Shown here piece by piece: positions 39,427 to 49,287 of a DNA stretch of 64,000 bases. Under the pieces are notes generated by a model. It did no database searches, was not told the DNA's origin, and worked only from the letters and a program-made list of their open reading frames with translations. The DNA is taken from positions 13,292-77,291 of the forward strand of contig CATLEG010000001.1 in NCBI GenBank assembly GCA_949915775.1, in the 5' to 3' direction. This DNA comes from an uncultured Candidatus Melainabacteria bacterium (GTDB taxonomy: Bacteria; Cyanobacteriota; Vampirovibrionia; Gastranaerophilales; Gastranaerophilaceae). The translations under genes and the position numbers were made by a program. How positions within the stretch are numbered: the stretch's first letter is position 1; each line of letters begins with the position of its first letter.

Positions 39427-41352
39427 GTGAGTTTAATAAATATTAATAATTCTAACATAGATCTAATATATTTAGATAAAAATAAAAAATATGATAAAAC
39501 TCAAGTTTCAGACGATTCATCAATTTTTTTAGAAATAAAATCCTCAAAAATTAATAATCAAAATAATTCTCCATCCCAACAAACTCTTAATCAAAATGCA
39601 GAAAATATTGAGGAGATTAAGAATTTACCGCCTGAAAATATCTCAAAATTTGAAATAAAAAAAATAACTGATTTAAATACCGGAATTTACAAAGATCAGG
39701 TCGTACAGATGACTGATGGTAAATTTTATGAGTTTGATCCTCAAGGTAGAGTTACACGTGTATATAATGAGCCGAAAAAAGAATCTAAAAATGGAACTCC
39801 TAATTCATTCACCTATATTATTTATAATGATGACGGCAGTATAAATGAATACATTAAATATGAAAATGAAGGTAAAATAATAAACGGACAAAGAAAATGC
39901 GGTATTTATAACAATAACGGTGAATTACAATCGTATTACATAGACAGTAATTTTGATAATATTAGCGAAGATTTTGGATGTCAAATTTCATACGACAAAG
40001 AAGGTAAAACTACAGGAAAAGCAATCTCTGCTTATAATAAAGATGGTAAAACAATTACTAATACGTTTTATGATGAAAACAATAAAATAACAGGTGTAGA
40101 AAATTTTATTTATGATACAGATGGAAAATATCGTTCTGAAACTATTTCATACGACAAAGAAGGTAGAATTGCAGGAAAAATAATCTCCACTTATAATAAA
40201 GATGGAGAAATAATAAATTCTAATTCTAAAACAGTTTATCCTGAAGCAAGTGAAGAAGCTAAAAATATTCATAACAAGCTTTCTAATATTACACCGGAAA
40301 ACTTAAATGAAATATTTGAACATATAGAAAATCTTAAAATAGAAAATACAGAGGCTAATGATGATGAAGGTAAAGATAACATACAATTTGTAATGGATGC
40401 ATATGAAGTTGTATATGGTAAATCATTACTTGAAGCTCTTGCAGAAACTCCTAATGGTAAAATTCCGGCTCAAGAAATGATTGATCGGGTTAAATTTTTG
40501 TGTAGTTCGAAAACAGATGATGATCATTATAAATATACTGACGATATTCAAAAAGATATGGAATCACATCCAAATGACTATAAAAAATTATCTGTAGATT
40601 TAAAACGTATGTTAAATAGAAGCTGGTTATCAAAAACTGATAATGACAAAGGTGAATATGGAGATAATGACATAAATATAAATGGAATTATTGATTCAAA
40701 TCAAAACGTAAATCAAAACCTAACCGGAGATTGTTATCTAATTGCCTCAATCATTGCACTAAGCAAAAAACCTGAAGGTGCCAAGGCAATAAAAGAAATG
40801 GTACACGAAAACAATGACGGCTCTGTAACGGTAACCCTGAAAGGTGTAAATAAAAGCTATACGATTTCTCAACAAGAACTTTTAAATGCAGATATGTTTT
40901 CTGTAGGTGATGATGATATGCGGGTTATTGAAATAGCTTTTGACAAATATAGACGAGATTTAGCTTATGAATCAGAAAATTATATGACAGCTTGTGATAT
41001 TGAAGGTGGCTATCTTACCGATGTCACTCAGGCAATTTTTGGTCAAGATGCTGAAGATATACAAGATGGAAAATTTGATATAAAAGACTTTAATAATCAA
41101 AATGTTGCATATTTGTTTAATATAAATATAGATGGAACATATAATGATACTGGTATTTTTGTAAAAAATACTATAACAGGAGAAAAAATATCAGGTACAA
41201 TGGTACAAAATCATGAATATGCGATAGTAAAAAGTGATGAAAATAATGTTTACTTTATAAATCCATGGGATAAAAATGAAGAATTATCAATGAATATTGA
41301 AGATTTTAAATCTATTCAAGGACTAAATATATCTTCTTTTAAATTTGCTTAA
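39427..41352 (+). CDS. Large protein with YD/MORN-like repeats and C-terminal papain/calpain-like cysteine protease domain
   Basis: QNLTGDCYLIASI (Q...C), HEYAI (H), FINPWD (N); internal 53-aa duplication (nt 39985/40144). Confidence 0.72.
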   Translation: MSLININNSNIDLIYLDKNKKYDKTQVSDDSSIFLEIKSSKINNQNNSPSQQTLNQNAENIEEIKNLPPENISKFEIKKITDLNTGIYKDQVVQMTDGKFYEFDPQGRVTRVYNEPKKESKNGTPNSFTYIIYNDDGSINEYIKYENEGKIINGQRKCGIYNNNGELQSYYIDSNFDNISEDFGCQISYDKEGKTTGKAISAYNKDGKTITNTFYDENNKITGVENFIYDTDGKYRSETISYDKEGRIAGKIISTYNKDGEIINSNSKTVYPEASEEAKNIHNKLSNITPENLNEIFEHIENLKIENTEANDDEGKDNIQFVMDAYEVVYGKSLLEALAETPNGKIPAQEMIDRVKFLCSSKTDDDHYKYTDDIQKDMESHPNDYKKLSVDLKRMLNRSWLSKTDNDKGEYGDNDININGIIDSNQNVNQNLTGDCYLIASIIALSKKPEGAKAIKEMVHENNDGSVTVTLKGVNKSYTISQQELLNADMFSVGDDDMRVIEIAFDKYRRDLAYESENYMTACDIEGGYLTDVTQAIFGQDAEDIQDGKFDIKDFNNQNVAYLFNINIDGTYNDTGIFVKNTITGEKISGTMVQNHEYAIVKSDENNVYFINPWDKNEELSMNIEDFKSIQGLNISSFKFA

Positions 41353-41374
41353 GTTTAAATTTCTTTTTTAAGTT

Positions 41375-42310
41375 TTAAAAATTATTTACAATATCAACAA
41401 GGTTTTTTGCTATGTTTAATGCTTCATTAAAAATATATTTATTACGGAGAAAATCTTCGCGCTCTATATATTTTGACACAATTTTTCGCGCATATGTGCC
41501 TATTGCTATTCCGTTATAATTTATTTGGCACATTTTTGCAAGTTCTGCTGTTTTTGAATTTGTGCCGCCTGACAACATTATGTAAACGGGAAGTTTTGCA
41601 TTCTGAACGATTTCGGCTGTTGCAACTGCTTGTAGTGTTGTTTTGTAATCATCTTTACTGCCGCTCATCGGAAAACCATCTGCCTGAACTATTGTTGTAT
41701 AAGGCTTTCTGTCTTTAATCATTTGTTTTATACGATTAATCATTTTTTCTTCCGATAAATGACCGCGTGATGTACATATACTCAAAAAACCATCATAAAT
41801 GGAATTAATATATTCCCATTTTTCAACCCAGTCGTCATTTTCACCCATTGCGTGAAGTTCAATACAGTTTATGCCAAGTTTAAGGAGCGGTAGCAAAACT
41901 TCACTCAAGTCTTTATTTTCAGAAATAAAAGAAATTGCATCATGCTTACAAACACTAAAACATTTGCCGCAGCCGATGCAACGCGCCGCTTTTACTTTAC
42001 AATGTTTTATTGTGCGCTGTGGACAGATTTCTTCACACTTGTGGCATCCTACGCATTTTTCATAATCAATCTGAGCTTTACGTATGTGCGGATCGCCTTT
42101 AATTCCGACACTTACGCACAAACAGCCTTCACGCCCTTGAAGACCGCGCTTTGCAGCTTCAACAATTTCCGGTTTCGCTGATAAATCAAAAAATTTACAT
42201 CCTGCGGCGGAATACAATGCAACAAGTTTTTCAACCTCAACAGCATCTTCATTTCCGGCACCGCAAACAAGTTTGAAACATTTACCTTTCTCAAGTAAAT
42301 CTTTAAGCAT
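41375..42310 (-). CDS. ldpA: LdpA-like 2x[4Fe-4S] protein
   Basis: FKLVCGAG N-terminus; CVGCHKCEEICP and CIGCGKCFSVC; C-terminal QADGFPMSG...LSGGTN like LdpA_C. Confidence 0.75.
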   Translation of the reverse strand: MLKDLLEKGKCFKLVCGAGNEDAVEVEKLVALYSAAGCKFFDLSAKPEIVEAAKRGLQGREGCLCVSVGIKGDPHIRKAQIDYEKCVGCHKCEEICPQRTIKHCKVKAARCIGCGKCFSVCKHDAISFISENKDLSEVLLPLLKLGINCIELHAMGENDDWVEKWEYINSIYDGFLSICTSRGHLSEEKMINRIKQMIKDRKPYTTIVQADGFPMSGSKDDYKTTLQAVATAEIVQNAKLPVYIMLSGGTNSKTAELAKMCQINYNGIAIGTYARKIVSKYIEREDFLRNKYIFNEALNIAKNLVDIVNNF

Positions 42311-43473
42311 TATCTCACCATATAATTGTAAATAGTTTCTGACGCTTTAACAATAAATTCTTTACCAAGCGGTGAATTGTGCGGACGATTTGCAAAAATA
42401 ACAACAATATATTTTTTGCCGTTTGGTGCATAAACAATTCCTGCATCTCCAAGCATTTTCCCGATATCGCCTGTTTTATGCAAAAATTCTGCACCGGCCG
42501 GCAAACCTGCTGCAATAAGTCTGTTATTGTGAACATGTCCCATATAATCAAAGATTTTTTCGCGTGAAGATGTGCTTAAAAATTCAGGATTATCTATGTT
42601 ATACAAAATTGTTGCCATATCTTTTGCAGTAGAATGATTTGTTCCGGCATAGTCTGGCAGCCATGTTTGCACGTATGTATGTTTTATACCCCATTGTCTT
42701 AATGCTGAATTTATATCAGTCATAGAACCCAATTGAGCCATAAGCATATTTGTTGCAGAATTATCGGATTCTGTAATCATCATTCTTGCAAGTGTATCAA
42801 TTGAATATTCAGAATTTGCAGCTTTAAATTGCAAACTTCCGGAACCTTCAGTTCTGTAAAATTCTGTCAAAGGCATTTTATCAGAAAGCGAAAGTTCATT
42901 TTTTTCTATTGAACGAAACAATTCAATAAGTACAGGAATTTTTATAATACTTGCTGTTGCATAAATTTTATCCGCACTCAAATCAGCATAATTTCCGCTT
43001 TCATAGTCCCAAACATAAACAGAAGGTTCAATTGAAGGGTAAGCTGCCGCAATATTTTTAAGCTGATTTTCAAGTCCTGTAAGTTCATTACCTTCGTTTA
43101 AATGTGTCATTTGAGGTTTTTTAATTTCCGCACCTACCAGTGAATGTGAACCAAGATACCAGTGGTTTGATAAATAATTTGTAGTAGGAAATAAAAGTTG
43201 TTGATAGTCCGTTTTAATTTCTTTATAAGGTGTTGGATTAAATATCTGTTTTGTAACTTTATTAAATCCGTAAGGCAAAATTGTAAATCCTAATAATGCT
43301 ACAAAAGCAACAGAGATAATTCTATGAATAAAATAATTACGTTCAACCTTTTTTTTGTTAACAGATGGTCTTGCAGTTTTTTGAATTGTGTGTAAATTTG
43401 GACGATAATTTGTTTGTTGATAATTATACTGCGTGTAGTATCTGTTATTAGTATATTCTGCTAATTTCGGCAT
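42310..43473 (-). CDS. Class A beta-lactamase-like serine hydrolase (PBP-A type) with membrane anchor
   Basis: SIIK (SxxK), SDN and KTG motifs; N-terminal TM. Confidence 0.85.
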   Translation of the reverse strand: MPKLAEYTNNRYYTQYNYQQTNYRPNLHTIQKTARPSVNKKKVERNYFIHRIISVAFVALLGFTILPYGFNKVTKQIFNPTPYKEIKTDYQQLLFPTTNYLSNHWYLGSHSLVGAEIKKPQMTHLNEGNELTGLENQLKNIAAAYPSIEPSVYVWDYESGNYADLSADKIYATASIIKIPVLIELFRSIEKNELSLSDKMPLTEFYRTEGSGSLQFKAANSEYSIDTLARMMITESDNSATNMLMAQLGSMTDINSALRQWGIKHTYVQTWLPDYAGTNHSTAKDMATILYNIDNPEFLSTSSREKIFDYMGHVHNNRLIAAGLPAGAEFLHKTGDIGKMLGDAGIVYAPNGKKYIVVIFANRPHNSPLGKEFIVKASETIYNYMVR

Positions 43474-43575
43474 CTCAATTCCCCAATCATATTTCTATTT
43501 TACTTTACATAAATTTAAATGGCAAGTAAGTTTACATTTTTTTAAGTTATAATATTAAAGTATAGGAGAGAAAGA

Positions 43576-43890
43576 ATGACTGATTGTATATTTTGTAAAA
43601 TAATTAACGGTGATTTTAATACAGAGTTTTTGTATGAAAATGATTATGTTGTAGTTTTTAAAGATATAAATCCTAAAGCACCAATTCATCTTTTGGTAGT
43701 TCCAAAAGTGCATGTAGCATCATTAAATGAATTGGAAGATAAAGCGTTAATGGGTGAACTTTTACAGGCAGTAAAAGATGTTACTAAAAAAATAGGTTTA
43801 AAATCTTATAAAACACTTATTAACACAGGAAAAGAAGCAGGACAGGAAGTCTTTCACCTGCATGTACATGTGTTGGGAGAAAAAGTATAA
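43576..43890 (+). CDS. HIT-family nucleotide hydrolase (HinT-like)
   Basis: CIFCKI, DINPKAPIHLLVVPK, FHLHVHV. Confidence 0.95.
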   Translation: MTDCIFCKIINGDFNTEFLYENDYVVVFKDINPKAPIHLLVVPKVHVASLNELEDKALMGELLQAVKDVTKKIGLKSYKTLINTGKEAGQEVFHLHVHVLGEKV

Positions 43891-43904
43891 GAATAAAAGG
43901 AATA

Positions 43905-44026
43905 GGTAAAAAACGGGAACGAGCGATTATGAGATTCTGAAATATAAGTTCAGAATGACGGAAAAGCGAGTGACTGACCAAAGAATTTAAGATAACACAA
44001 ATATTTATAAAGAGGATAAAAAAATG
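43905..44026 (+). promoter_or_regulatory. Conserved leader shared with rseP, carrying a nested half-palindrome insert
   Basis: Matches 58226..58144 on the minus strand through to RBS and ATG. Confidence 0.6.
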
Positions 44027-44875
44027 AAAAACGGAATAGAAAATGGATATTATCACGAAATTACACCATCAGGGTTTGGAATTGCAATTAAAGCAGGAAA
44101 AATTTTGTATTCTAAACAATCAGAGTTTCAAAAAGTTGAAGTTTTTGAAACAGAAAGCAGTTTAGGCAGAGTTTTAACACTTGATGATTTAATGATGACT
44201 ACAGAAGGCGACGAATATCATTATCATGAAATGATTGCACATATTCCAATGATGCATCATAAAAATCCTGAAAACGTACTTGTTATCGGCGGCGGTGACG
44301 GCGGTACAGTTAGAGAAGTTTTGAAACACAAATCAGTTAAAAAAGTTGTTTTAGCGGAAATCGACGGACTTGTTATTGATGCCTGTAAAGAGTTTTTACC
44401 GACAATTTCTTGCGGTTTATCTGACCCGAGAGTTGATATTCAAGTAGTTGATGCAATAGATTTTATTAAAGACAAAAAGAATGAATATGATATCGTTCTT
44501 ATAGATTCAACAGATCCGATGGGCCCTGGAGAAGGTTTGTTTACAGAAGAATTTTACACAAATGTTAAAAATTCTTTGAAAGAAGGCGGTATTATTGCAG
44601 CTCAATCAGAAAGCCCATTTGTGAATAAAGAAGAAATCAAAAAAATGTATAATTTGTTGAAAAAAGTATTTCCAATCTGTGATACTTATACATCAAATAT
44701 TCCAACATACCCAGGCGGTTATTGGGCTTGGGCATTCTGTTCAAAAGATGTTAAACCACTTTCTTACTTTGCAGATGACAGATATGAAGACATTGTAAAA
44801 ACTTGTAAAATCTATAACAAAGATTACCACAACACAAGATTTGCTCTGCCAAATTATTTAAAAGAGTTGTTATAG
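44024..44875 (+). CDS. speE: Spermidine synthase
   Basis: QSEFQKV, YHEMIAH, VIGGGDGG, DSTDP, PTYPGGYW. Confidence 0.95.
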   Translation: MKNGIENGYYHEITPSGFGIAIKAGKILYSKQSEFQKVEVFETESSLGRVLTLDDLMMTTEGDEYHYHEMIAHIPMMHHKNPENVLVIGGGDGGTVREVLKHKSVKKVVLAEIDGLVIDACKEFLPTISCGLSDPRVDIQVVDAIDFIKDKKNEYDIVLIDSTDPMGPGEGLFTEEFYTNVKNSLKEGGIIAAQSESPFVNKEEIKKMYNLLKKVFPICDTYTSNIPTYPGGYWAWAFCSKDVKPLSYFADDRYEDIVKTCKIYNKDYHNTRFALPNYLKELL

Positions 44876-44883
44876 GTATTTTC

Positions 44884-45765
44884 ATGAGAAAAATAAATTA
44901 CGCATTTTGGATTATAACAATATTTTTTATTTCATTAATCATTTATGCAGGATTTATTGAACCAAACAGACTTGTAATAAGGCAGGAAAATTTATTCTTG
45001 CCTTATTGGCAAATGCAAAATTTTAAAATCGGTGTCATTTCTGACATTCATATTGGTACAAAATTTGTTGATTTGAAAAAGTTGGGAAAAGTTGTTAATG
45101 CTGTTAACTCACAAAATCCTGATTTAATAGTTTTTCTTGGAGATTTAGAGGGAAGGTATATTGCAAAATCAAAATCTGATGAAGTTACAGATATATTAAA
45201 ACAATTGAAAGCTAAAAATGGTGTAATAGCAATTCTTGGAAATCATGATTTTTATCCGCCATCAACAGTAAAAAACATTCTAAAAAATGCAAATATTCCT
45301 GCTCTGGAAAATGAAAGTATTACAATTTCTCCTCAACTTCAGGTAGTTGGTTTAAAAGATATGTGGCATTATAAATTTAATCCTGATGATGTAATAGGTA
45401 AACCAAATATTCCAACAATAGTTTTATCGCATAATCCGGATTATTTCCCACAAATTACACCAGATGTAAGTCTGACATTAAGCGGACATACACATGGCGG
45501 AGAAGTTTATTTTCCATTTTTAGGTGCGCCATTTGTACCGTCAAAATATAATCAAAAATATCGTAAAGGATATATTGTAGAAAATAACAAGCACCTATAT
45601 GTTACAAGCGGCATAGCAACATTAAGCAAGTTTAGATTATTTAATCCGCCGGAAATTGTTATTTTAACATTGAACAAACAAGATAAAAATAATATAACTA
45701 CCAATACTCCTGTAAAACAAGGATATATTAAAAATCATTTTAAAGTTCCAAACAGTTTACGTTAG
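44884..45765 (+). CDS. Metallophosphoesterase (YkuE-like)
   Basis: SDIH, GD, GNHD, SHNPD, SGHTHGG. Confidence 0.9.
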   Translation: MRKINYAFWIITIFFISLIIYAGFIEPNRLVIRQENLFLPYWQMQNFKIGVISDIHIGTKFVDLKKLGKVVNAVNSQNPDLIVFLGDLEGRYIAKSKSDEVTDILKQLKAKNGVIAILGNHDFYPPSTVKNILKNANIPALENESITISPQLQVVGLKDMWHYKFNPDDVIGKPNIPTIVLSHNPDYFPQITPDVSLTLSGHTHGGEVYFPFLGAPFVPSKYNQKYRKGYIVENNKHLYVTSGIATLSKFRLFNPPEIVILTLNKQDKNNITTNTPVKQGYIKNHFKVPNSLR

Positions 45766-45784
45766 TTTATGATATTATAAAATT

Positions 45785-46363
45785 ATGGATTTCACAGAAA
45801 AAACACTAAATTCACAAACAGTTTATGACGGCAAAATCATCAAGGTTTTGAAAGATGATGTCGAAATCTCTGATGGGACAAAAGCTTTCAGAGAAGTCGT
45901 AAAACATTCAGGCGGGGTGGTTGTTTTGGCTATAAAAACACAATCCCCCTCATCCGCCTTACAGGCACCTTCTCCCACTATTGGGGAGAAGGATCGAAGT
46001 GTGTTGTTTGTAAAACAATTCCGCTATCCGATGAAAGAAGTTTTACTCGAACTTCCAGCCGGAAAACTTGAATATGGTGAAGACCCATTTAAGGCTGCGC
46101 AAAGAGAACTTGAAGAAGAAACCGGATATTGTGCTGATAATTGGACTGATTTGGGATTTGTTTACACTTCCCCGGGGTATAGTGATGAAAAATTATATCT
46201 TTACAAAGCTGAAAATCTTCATTTTACACAATGTCATCCTGATGAGGGCGAAATTCTTGAACCTATTGAAATTAAAATTGATGATGCAATAGATATGATT
46301 AATAAAGGTGAAATAAATGATGCAAAGACACTTTGCGCGTTTTTCAGGAGTAAATTTATATGA
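45785..46363 (+). CDS. nudF: ADP-ribose pyrophosphatase (Nudix) with in-frame repeat insertion
   Basis: Nudix box PAGKLEYGEDPFKAAQRELEEETG; extra segment QSPSSALQAPSPTIGEKD. Confidence 0.88.
   Translation: MDFTEKTLNSQTVYDGKIIKVLKDDVEISDGTKAFREVVKHSGGVVVLAIKTQSPSSALQAPSPTIGEKDRSVLFVKQFRYPMKEVLLELPAGKLEYGEDPFKAAQRELEEETGYCADNWTDLGFVYTSPGYSDEKLYLYKAENLHFTQCHPDEGEILEPIEIKIDDAIDMINKGEINDAKTLCAFFRSKFI
45943..45993. repeat. Palindromic REP-like element inside nudF
   Basis: ATCCCCCTCATCCGCCTTACAGGCACCTTCTCCC-ACTATTG-GGGAGAAGGAT, 51 nt (17 codons). Confidence 0.8.
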
Positions 46364-47151
46364 TTAAGATGGTTGCAACGGATATTGACGGAACAATTGT
46401 TGATTGGAATTTAGGTGATTTTACACCTGCTGTAAAAAAATGTATTAAAAATCTTTGTGCAAGCGGTGTAAAAGTAGTTCTTGTTACAGGCAGAATGCAT
46501 TGCGCCTGCAATCATATTGTTAATGAACTAAAACTTGAAACCCCTGTTGTTTCATATCAAGGCGGTTTGATAAAAGATAAAGACGGCAATACTCTTTATC
46601 AACAAAATTTAAATTCTGACTATGCAAAACAAATTATTAAATGGGCTAGAGACAACAATATTCATATAAATCTCTATATCGACGACAAATTATATGTAGA
46701 AAATGATAATGATTTTGTAAAAAAATATACAGATGGAAAATTTGTACCTTATACAGTTTGCCCATTTGATAGTCTTGAAATCAAAAATGTAAATAAAATT
46801 CTTGCAATAGATTACAATGATGCTGAAAGAGTTACAGGCTGGGTTAATGAGCTTCAAAAGAAATTCCCTGAATTATATATTGTCAAATCAACTCCGTTTT
46901 TCTGTGAAATTGGAAGTTCAATGGCAAAAAAATCTCTTGGTGTGGAATTTCTTGCAAAACATTGGGGGCTAAAAAAAGAAGAAATTTTAACAATTGGCGA
47001 TCAAAATAATGATATTGAACTATTAAGAGCCGGCGGAATTAAAGTTGCAATGGGAAACGGCACACCCGAATTAAAAGAATGTGCCGATTTCATAACTGAT
47101 ACTGTTCAAAACGATGGCTTCGTAAAAGCCGTTGAGAAATTTGTTAAATAG
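46360..47151 (+). CDS. Cof-type HAD hydrolase
   Basis: ATDIDGT, VTGR, KSLG, IGDQNNDIEL, AMGNG. Confidence 0.92.
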   Translation: MIKMVATDIDGTIVDWNLGDFTPAVKKCIKNLCASGVKVVLVTGRMHCACNHIVNELKLETPVVSYQGGLIKDKDGNTLYQQNLNSDYAKQIIKWARDNNIHINLYIDDKLYVENDNDFVKKYTDGKFVPYTVCPFDSLEIKNVNKILAIDYNDAERVTGWVNELQKKFPELYIVKSTPFFCEIGSSMAKKSLGVEFLAKHWGLKKEEILTIGDQNNDIELLRAGGIKVAMGNGTPELKECADFITDTVQNDGFVKAVEKFVK

Positions 47152-47401
47152 TACCTGTCCAAAATGGAGGTCTGCCAAAGTTCCAATAAGTGTTTGTAGG
47201 ATTGAAATCTTTATGACGGCGTCTGAACCATTTTCTTTTTGTTTCTGTTTTTATTGTTTGTGCAACCTGTTGAGTGTTATCAGGTTGAACAGTAACTTCT
47301 GTTACGGTTTCTTTGTAAGAACCCGGTGCTTGATAAAGTTCCGCAGATGCGCAGCCTGCAAAACATAATAAGCATAAAAATGTGATTAAATTTTTTTTCA
47401 T
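47144..47401 (-). CDS. Small secreted or lipoprotein
   Basis: AGGGGG RBS; signal peptide with lipobox-like FAGC. Confidence 0.7.
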   Translation of the reverse strand: MKKNLITFLCLLCFAGCASAELYQAPGSYKETVTEVTVQPDNTQQVAQTIKTETKRKWFRRRHKDFNPTNTYWNFGRPPFWTGTI

Positions 47402-47491
47402 TTATTCCCCCTTTAAAGGTTTTTATGGTTTTAACTATATTATACCCATTTAAAACATGAAAATCAATATTTTTGCTATATAATTTAAAAT

Positions 47492-48343
47492 ATGCAAAGA
47501 AGATTACCTGAATATTTAAAAAGACCTATAATTGATACTGACAAAACCCGCACTGTCAGAAGAATTTTAAAAACAAAATGTTTAAATACTGTGTGTGAAA
47601 ATGCACGTTGTCCGAACAAAAACGAATGTTATACAAAAAATACAGCAACTTTTTTAATTATGGGAAACAACTGTACAAGAAACTGCCGCTATTGCAATAT
47701 TTCTTGTAACAGACCTGAACCTTTAGATATGGATGAACCAAAACACATTGCAGAGGCTGTAAAGGATTTGGGATTAAAATATGCTGTAATTACTTCTGTA
47801 ACTCGTGATGATTTATTAGATGGCGGAGCAGAACATTTTGCAAAATGTATTTATGAAATAAGAAATATTTGTGAAGATGTAAAAGTTGAAATTTTAACTC
47901 CTGATTTTAAAGGTAATAAATCATCACTTGATTTGATTATTAAATCACATCCCGATGTGTTTAATCACAATATTGAAACAGTAAAAGAAGTTTTTAAACA
48001 AGCTCGTCCTCAAGGTAATTATGAATGTTCACTTGAAGTTTTAAAATATATTAAAGAAAATAGTGATATTACAACAAAATCAGGGCTAATGATTGGTTTG
48101 GGTGAAACATTTGAACAAATAGAAAATACTATGAATGATTTGATAAATGTTGGTTGTGATATTTTAACAATCGGTCAATATATTCAGCCATCAAAAAAAC
48201 ATTTGCCTGTTTCAAAATATTATACACCTGATGAGTATGAAAAACTAAAATTACTCGCAAAAAAAGCAGGTTTTAAAAGTTTTCAAATCGGTCCTCTTGT
48301 AAGAAGTTCTTACAAAGCAGCCGACATTGTTAATGTTTCTTAA
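47492..48343 (+). CDS. lipA: Lipoyl synthase
   Basis: TVCENARCPNKNEC, CTRNCRYC, VFNHNIETV, IGQY, VRSSY. Confidence 0.96.
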   Translation: MQRRLPEYLKRPIIDTDKTRTVRRILKTKCLNTVCENARCPNKNECYTKNTATFLIMGNNCTRNCRYCNISCNRPEPLDMDEPKHIAEAVKDLGLKYAVITSVTRDDLLDGGAEHFAKCIYEIRNICEDVKVEILTPDFKGNKSSLDLIIKSHPDVFNHNIETVKEVFKQARPQGNYECSLEVLKYIKENSDITTKSGLMIGLGETFEQIENTMNDLINVGCDILTIGQYIQPSKKHLPVSKYYTPDEYEKLKLLAKKAGFKSFQIGPLVRSSYKAADIVNVS

Positions 48344-48396
48344 AATTAGCCATAAGGCTATTTGCCTTTTTACTACAAAGGGAGTACAATTGATTT

Positions 48397-49215
48397 ATGG
48401 TAGAACAATTATATTCTGACATCCCGCCGACAAAGCTAAGGAACAAAGAGGAAAAATTTAAACCGGCTAAAACTAGTAAATTTTGGCTATGGGTTGCAAG
48501 TATGTTTTTCTTTAACATGCTGCAAAATCGTTTTTATGCTTTTAGATATAAGGGTGTGGAAAATTATTATAACAGTGATACAAAAATTCCGACAATTCTT
48601 TTTGCTCCGCACAGCAACTGGTGGGATGGAATTGTGCTATATAATATTACCCACAGGATTTTTCATAAAGAAATCCGTTTAATGGTAGAAGAATTGAATA
48701 GATTTCCACTACTTAGACGCGGCGGAGCATATTCAGTTAACAAAAAATCACCTCAATCTGCCATGAAAGCTTTGCAGTATTCTGTAGATTTAGTTGGTGA
48801 TTTGAGAAATATGTTATGTATTTTCCCTCAAGGAATTATAAGACCTCCTCATTACAGACCATTTGAATTTCAAACCGGTCTTGCTTATATTGCCCAAAAC
48901 GCAGTAAAAAAATATGGACGTGTTAATTTAATTCCTTGTGCGATAGATTATTGTTTCTTTAGAGACAACAGACCGGAAGTTGTTGTTGATTTTGGTAAAT
49001 GTATTGAATTAAATAATGAAACATCATTAAGTCGTAAAGATTTGACTCATTTATTTGAACAGGCTTTGACACAAACTTGTGACGCGCAGGCTTACGATAT
49101 TTCGCATGGTGAGGTTTCTAATTATAATATATTATTTAAACAACATTTAAAATGGTATAGAAGAATAGAACAACGCTTAAAAAGTATTGATTTACCGCCA
49201 GTATCAGGAGTATAA
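48397..49215 (+). CDS. Lysophospholipid acyltransferase (PlsC-like)
   Basis: HSNWWD (HX4D), IFPQG. Confidence 0.82.
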   Translation: MVEQLYSDIPPTKLRNKEEKFKPAKTSKFWLWVASMFFFNMLQNRFYAFRYKGVENYYNSDTKIPTILFAPHSNWWDGIVLYNITHRIFHKEIRLMVEELNRFPLLRRGGAYSVNKKSPQSAMKALQYSVDLVGDLRNMLCIFPQGIIRPPHYRPFEFQTGLAYIAQNAVKKYGRVNLIPCAIDYCFFRDNRPEVVVDFGKCIELNNETSLSRKDLTHLFEQALTQTCDAQAYDISHGEVSNYNILFKQHLKWYRRIEQRLKSIDLPPVSGV

Positions 49216-49287
49216 ATCCTTTAGATTTTTTACAATAAATATTCTATTTAAAATTTTGTGATATAATCTCTTTTAAAAGGAGAAGTT

